A stretch of DNA of 64,000 bases from positions 105,400,001 to 105,464,000 of the forward strand of contig OZ024743.1 of NCBI GenBank assembly GCA_964016885.1, in the 5' to 3' direction. The notes under the pieces are model-generated. The model was not told the DNA's origin. It saw only the letters and a program-made list of their open reading frames with translations, and did not search any database. The translations under genes were made by a program, and so were the position numbers. Every line of letters begins with the position of its first letter. Positions within the stretch are counted from its first letter, which is position 1. Source of the stretch: Eledone cirrhosa (lineage: Eukaryota). Positions 57,980 through 64,000 of this stretch are shown in pieces.

Positions 57980-58138
57980 TATATATGAAGCATATATAAT
58001 ATATATTTGTATAATAGACATGTATATGTCTAGCTATTACTGTTTTCAACAGTGAGCATGTCGCTGTACCCTCAGTAGCCAAATCAAAATGTCAGACATT
58101 ACTGACTGTATATATATATATATACGTATTTGACTATT

Positions 58139-58178
<40 letters not shown>

Positions 58179-59968
58179 TAAGTGGGTGGGTCACACTACC
58201 ACGGCATATCTTTCGATCGTTGAATTGGTTCCTAGTATAAATCCTGTTAGCACCAGCGACAGGGATAAAGTTATGGATCGCTGGTAATGACATATTCCTG
58301 TAGGTTACTAAAACCTTCTATTTCATTAGGTGCCACCGATGATATCACGTTGGAATTATTTTAAATTGGTTAAGAACAATCAACTCATTAGTCGCCGTGC
58401 AGCCAGTAACATGTGACAGCAGCTTAGATGTCACCAATGCCCCGAGTTTGTAACAACTCGAAATAATGGAATTCAAATTTCCAAACAGGATAAGAAAACG
58501 AAATGGAATCCAAGATGACATAACAATGACTGAAGTGACAGATATCAACCTCACCTTCCAATCTTCAAAAATAATAATGCAACAACCGACTCAACTAGGA
58601 ATTTATCAGGGAAACTTCAAGTATCCAGCAGAACATCTAAGAAAAACGTTCTCTATACATCAGATGATCTATCCGAAATGATTTTAATCACTTGCCTATT
58701 GATGGTATAGCCAAGTTACACAGCTACTACTTTATGCTTCACTTCAAGATAACATAATTCCGTGAAACTGAGTCGTGCTTCAATATTATACTCCAACCAC
58801 AAATGTCGTTTAGAAAGCTGTGGCGAAAGATTTCCCTACTCGAGCAGACACCAAGCAGGCATCTGCTTGATTGAACTGGTGAGGAGCTGCAGCACGGAAG
58901 AAGACTTCATGTCACTCAGGCCCCTAACAGATTAAACTATCACAGTGAGCGTTTCATAAACCAGTGAATAGAACCAATGGTAAGTTGCCAGTCCTTCAGT
59001 TGCAAATATCACGATGTTTCTTGCAAAGAACATCCCCAAGAACTCGTTGTAAATTTCGGAGATATTCCAGCTTTTCAAAATTGACTATAAAATTAAAATT
59101 ATATTACATTTATATACATTTATCTCATCGAAAAACACATCGACAGCTAAACACAAACACATAGGTATACTGCTTCCAAGATAATAATGATTTCACATGG
59201 CAAGATTATGATTATATAGGAAAAGCAATAGATATTCTATAATTCCACATCAACAAAATACAGGAGCAACTCTTCAGAATGATAAGTAAACTTTCCGGTG
59301 AGATCAAACAATGTCATGTTATACCTCATTTCCATGTTATATCATAGCATAAAGTGCATCACTGTATCTCATGTCTCCACTCTACTACAATTTACTAAGA
59401 AATGATGACAATGAGAAGCCATACGAAATTATATGCCGAAAACAAAATGCGCTCCGTACGTATTCAGAGAATATCTAAAACAAAACCCAACACAGCGATT
59501 AGTAATTTATTCTAACACACACCCCATTAACGTTTATTCATCATATGACTACAAAACCTATACAGTCATATGATACTACAAAAAATGTGACTAAACAGAA
59601 AGCAACTCAGATGAAGTAATTTAACTACAAATTAATCAAACTCTACAGAGGCAAAAATATAATTTCATAAAAGAGAAAGTCCTCAAGAAAAGAAACTCTA
59701 CTGACATGGCCGACACCATTATCTTATACAGAGGACGGCCAATTAAAAATACAAACAAGTAGGTGAAAATATATATAGTTCAACACCAAATTTAATACCC
59801 ATTATTTAAAGTACCACAACGGAGATTCAAATCGGGACTAAAGTTACTCATATCCGATATGGGAAAAATATAAAACAAACGAGAAATCAACACAAGCAAT
59901 ACATATTTATTCTATATGTGAGTCGTATAGATATACGACTCACATATAGAGACGAGATGTGCTTCACT

Positions 59969-60155
59969 AATAATTGTTTCTACTTTAGGCACAAGGCCAG
60001 CAATTATTCCAGGGTATAACTGGTATTTTATATTAACGACCCCGTAAGGATGAAAGGCAAAGTTAACCTCGGCGGGATTTGAACTCAGTCTGTAAAGGGA
60101 CGTAACTGTGCTGCAAAGCATGGCGTCCGACTCTCTACCGATACTGCCAATCCAC
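59969..60155 (-). mobile_element. tRNA-derived SINE (main family)
   Basis: Family match; TSD-like ttcactaata on both sides. Confidence 0.88.
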
Positions 60156-60819
60156 TTCCCGTTGGTTCACTAATACAGAAGAAGGAAAATGTATTTTGGA
60201 GAGAACACACACATATCGACAATAAACATCAGGCGGAAAGCATACTAAAGAGGTTCTTGTATTATCAAATATCTAATCAATGGCAAAATACGACTGAATC
60301 TACTCATTTAGTTAACTATTTGGCGTAAATACTTACATATACCTACCAGGCGCGTTAGTATCCCCATCGAGAAAAAAAAGAAAGAAAATACAAATGGAAA
60401 AAAAAAGCACAGTAGAATAGGAACTATTCCAATTAGAACCAGAACAGACAATATACGCATGTGTAGACACGACAGAAATTTCGAATCATGCAGTTTCGTA
60501 ACAACCCCAGACTTATCAACCAGCATACCACAACCAGAGTTTTAAAAAATTATATGGAGCTGGCTCCATGTTCTCAATTTTGGGAATATTCTAATGTTTG
60601 AAAGCTGACTATTAAAAGCAATATTATATAATGCTTACCTACACATACATACATCTCATCTAGGTACACACCAACACATTTTTCGTAAAACTAATTTCTT
60701 AGAATGTGGCAAAACATGATCCAATATCGAGTTGAGAAATTCTATATTCATTTAATAAAACACTAAAACGTACACTTACAATGTCTCTTGTTATTTGCAT
60801 ATATGAATATCTCTAGAGA

Positions 60820-60920
<101 letters not shown>

Positions 60921-60921
60921 C

Positions 60922-60970
<49 letters not shown>

Positions 60971-61101
60971 AAAAGAGAAACAAAATAAAAATACACTATA
61001 TAAACAAGATATCACTCTGAGTAATTTCGAATAACACTGGTACATGCACATACCCACTCACATGCATGCACATACACACATAGACACATACACATACATA
61101 C

Positions 61102-61186
<85 letters not shown>

Positions 61187-61288
61187 GAAAACATAGGAGA
61201 GTGTGTATTCATTTACAGGATTTAGAAAACCACTAGCGTGAGGGAAATATAGGCTTGGAGAGGTGTAGGAAATACTTTATAATTAAAA

Positions 61289-61365
<77 letters not shown>

Positions 61366-61897
61366 CATGTGTGTGTGCGCGTATATGTGAATGTATAAAT
61401 ATATATGAAAGAAATATCACTCAGATAATTACTATTGATATTGAGATATCAAGATATATAAGAGTAATATCTTACACAACAAAGTATCTGTGAGGAAATG
61501 TCAAAAATCGAGCAAGATTCCGCTCGATACTATAGAAAAAAAGAGTAAGATTTATGGAAGATCATTGGCCTGGCTGAGATTTAATGAGATATATAATTTA
61601 TTTATTCTCCAGTTTCAATGAACTAGCTCGGTATCCTATGGAAATAATCGGAAAATATCATTAAAAATCTATTTCAAGGCCGTATTCGATAATAAATATA
61701 TATAGATACATTGCATAGATATGTGTGTGAATGTAGACATAAATGATTGAATAAATAAGTCTCAGTAACGACACAGTTATTGCGTTGGAATTTTATGTCC
61801 TTCAACACAGCATATATAAGAAAATAATTATACATTGATATCAACACACACGTACACGCACAACTACACGCACACGCACAAGCGCACTTATCCCACA

Positions 61898-61944
<47 letters not shown>

Positions 61945-61977
61945 TTAGAGAGAAAGAGAAAATAGAGTGCGAATGCC

Positions 61978-62031
<54 letters not shown>

Positions 62032-62431
62032 TGTTGGTCAACAAACATTCCCATAGAATTGTGATTGCGTTGTCGCTGAATGCTTGGGCTTGCCTGTTGT
62101 TCAAAAGTTGGAGGAAAGGCCTCATCTTAAACAAAAAGGTCACATTGACCTTGGCTTGCCCTCAAAGCTGGAGCCACATCCCTTGAACCGTGTGCACTAG
62201 TTTTTACCACGCGTTCGTTGATAGTCTCTGGGACTTCCACATAATTAATTTCATTTACCGCCTCACATGCACTCAACAGAAATAGGATGAAAAGAAATTG
62301 CAATTTTTTCGCCACTCATTATCAAAGCTATAAAATAAAGAATCAAGAATTCAGCAATGACTGGATAACATGCATCAAATTAAGGATATATCATGGATTG
62401 TTGAAAATCTCCACTCCCAGGTAATCTTCAA

Positions 62432-62620
62432 ATAATTGTTTCTACTTTAGGCACAAGGCCAGTAATTACCCAGTGCATTACTGGTACTTTATTTTATCGA
62501 CCCTGTAAGGATGAAAGGCAAAGTCAACCTCGGCGGGATTTGAAATCAGATCGTAAAGGGACGTAACTATGCTGGAAATCATGGGGTCCGACTCTCTACC
62601 GATACTGCCAATCCACCGCC
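62432..62620 (-). mobile_element. Full-length tRNA-derived SINE (main family)
   Basis: Minus strand ggcggtggattggcagtatcgg...ttcaaatcccgcc...; TSD gtaatcttcaaataat at 62421-36 and 62624-39. Confidence 0.92.
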
Positions 62621-63532
62621 TTTGTAATCTTCAAATAATGGCCGCTAAAAGAACACTACAAAATAATAATCAAGAACTTATAATATCCTGTAACCACACA
62701 ATCCTAACATCATTTAAATTCTACATCCAACATAGCCCCTAACTAAAAACATCTATATCCCTTCTTTCTTAACCAAACACACCAACATAACTTTTCCTGA
62801 AGATCTACCGCTCAAGGGAGTCATCGCAAGTACACATTTAGATATATGAATGTGTCTATAGGTAAGCCTATATAGATATATGACTATATAACTCTCTGTG
62901 TGCATGTGAGCTGTTTTATTTTTACACGCGTGAATTTATCGTTATGTGTGCATAAGACAGAAATGGTATATTATGTTGTTTGGAAAAGTACACTACCTGC
63001 CCAAACCCCAGAACACAAATGCTGATAAAAGCTATTTGATGAATGTGGATAAAATAGATCTTTATTGTCTCCACGAAGTCCCACTCCCCAAATACTAAGC
63101 CAGCTATCTACCCAACTAGTTAATCATGCTAGTTAATTCTGACCACACTGAACAACTATCATATTTATGACTTCACAAAAAGTTTTATACAGATACTATA
63201 GATGAATTGGTGCATACACACAATTCTATCAACTTATCATAACCATTAAATGGAACACTTTGTCCACTACGGTTAAGATGGTTATATGCAATCATTTTAT
63301 TAATTTTCTATTTCCTCACCCATTGACACACGCAAACAACACACCCCAGCCTCTTATATATATAGGAACGAGAAGGACCCCGACGGCTGAGCTCAAGCCG
63401 TTTCGACGGCTAATTCTGGACTATATATATATATTATGAAATACTGTTGGCTTCACGCTCACAATAATTTCTATACTTTCATTTATACTTTCATATATAT
63501 ATATATTTTTTTTTATTTTATTTTATAGAAGG

Positions 63533-63583
63533 AGCTTCTACAGGACTAGTACTGTTTCATTCAGATGAAATCTTCAGGAAGCT
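63533..63583 (-). ncRNA. Type I hammerhead ribozyme
   Basis: AGCUUC-CUGAAGA-U-UUCA-uc-UGAA-U-GAAACAG-uacuaguc-CUGUA/GAAGCU. Confidence 0.82.
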
Positions 63584-64000
63584 GGGTGTCATATTAAGTT
63601 CTGGTATTTATACATTTAGGTAGTGGTAAGGGAGGAGTGGTGGGTGGGTGGGGATTTTTTTGAGGGGGGTAGGATGGTATTTAGATACACAGGACCACAA
63701 CATGGCACAGGCCGTTTTTTCTTTGGGGAGTGGTCAAATAGCCAGAGTGCTTTTTTGAAATAAATAAATAAATAAATAAATGAATAAATAGATAAATGAA
63801 TAAATAAATAAATAAAATAAATAAGAAAATAAATAAATAAAAACCCCAAGAATAGTAATTCAACAGATATATAGTAGGGAAATTTTTTTAGGTGGGTTGG
63901 TAATAGAAGATAAACAAGACCGAATCATGGCACAGACTGAGGTGAGTGGTCAAGTTAACATACAAGCCACAGGTGGCCAGAGTGTTTTTGTATATATATA

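Noticed and set aside
58330-59900. Possible highly decayed plus-strand retroelement ORF
   Set aside because: A-rich coding-like composition but no motif readable with confidence.
62127-62315. Signal-peptide-like ORF MAKKLQFLFILFLLSACEA
   Set aside because: Non-ATG start, short, TA-flanked repeat context, no recognisable family.

Overview
AT-rich, microsatellite-saturated eukaryotic (animal) DNA. The SINE families and (TA)n/(CA)n/(GA)n density suggest a cephalopod such as Octopus (inference). Almost all ORFs in the supplied track are translations of simple repeats. Real coding signal comes only from retroelements: three Naiad-type Penelope-like elements (PLEs; RT + CxC-x5-CP-x4-C motif + GIY-YIG; 52234-54626 is intact except for one frameshift), one other PLE RT fragment, and decayed RTE-clade LINEs. 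There are also many tRNA-derived SINEs. No host gene can be called with confidence. The main discovery is a set of type I hammerhead ribozymes (HHRs) from several unrelated families. They sit in PLE pseudo-LTRs and in non-coding ~560-bp and ~455-bp tandem/fold-back units inserted into (TA)n tracts, i.e. candidate non-LTR retrozymes. In the ~560-bp array the sense arm begins at the predicted HHR cleavage site. In the ~455-bp family stem I shows a compensatory base change. All calls are from reading by eye; boundaries of repeats are approximate.
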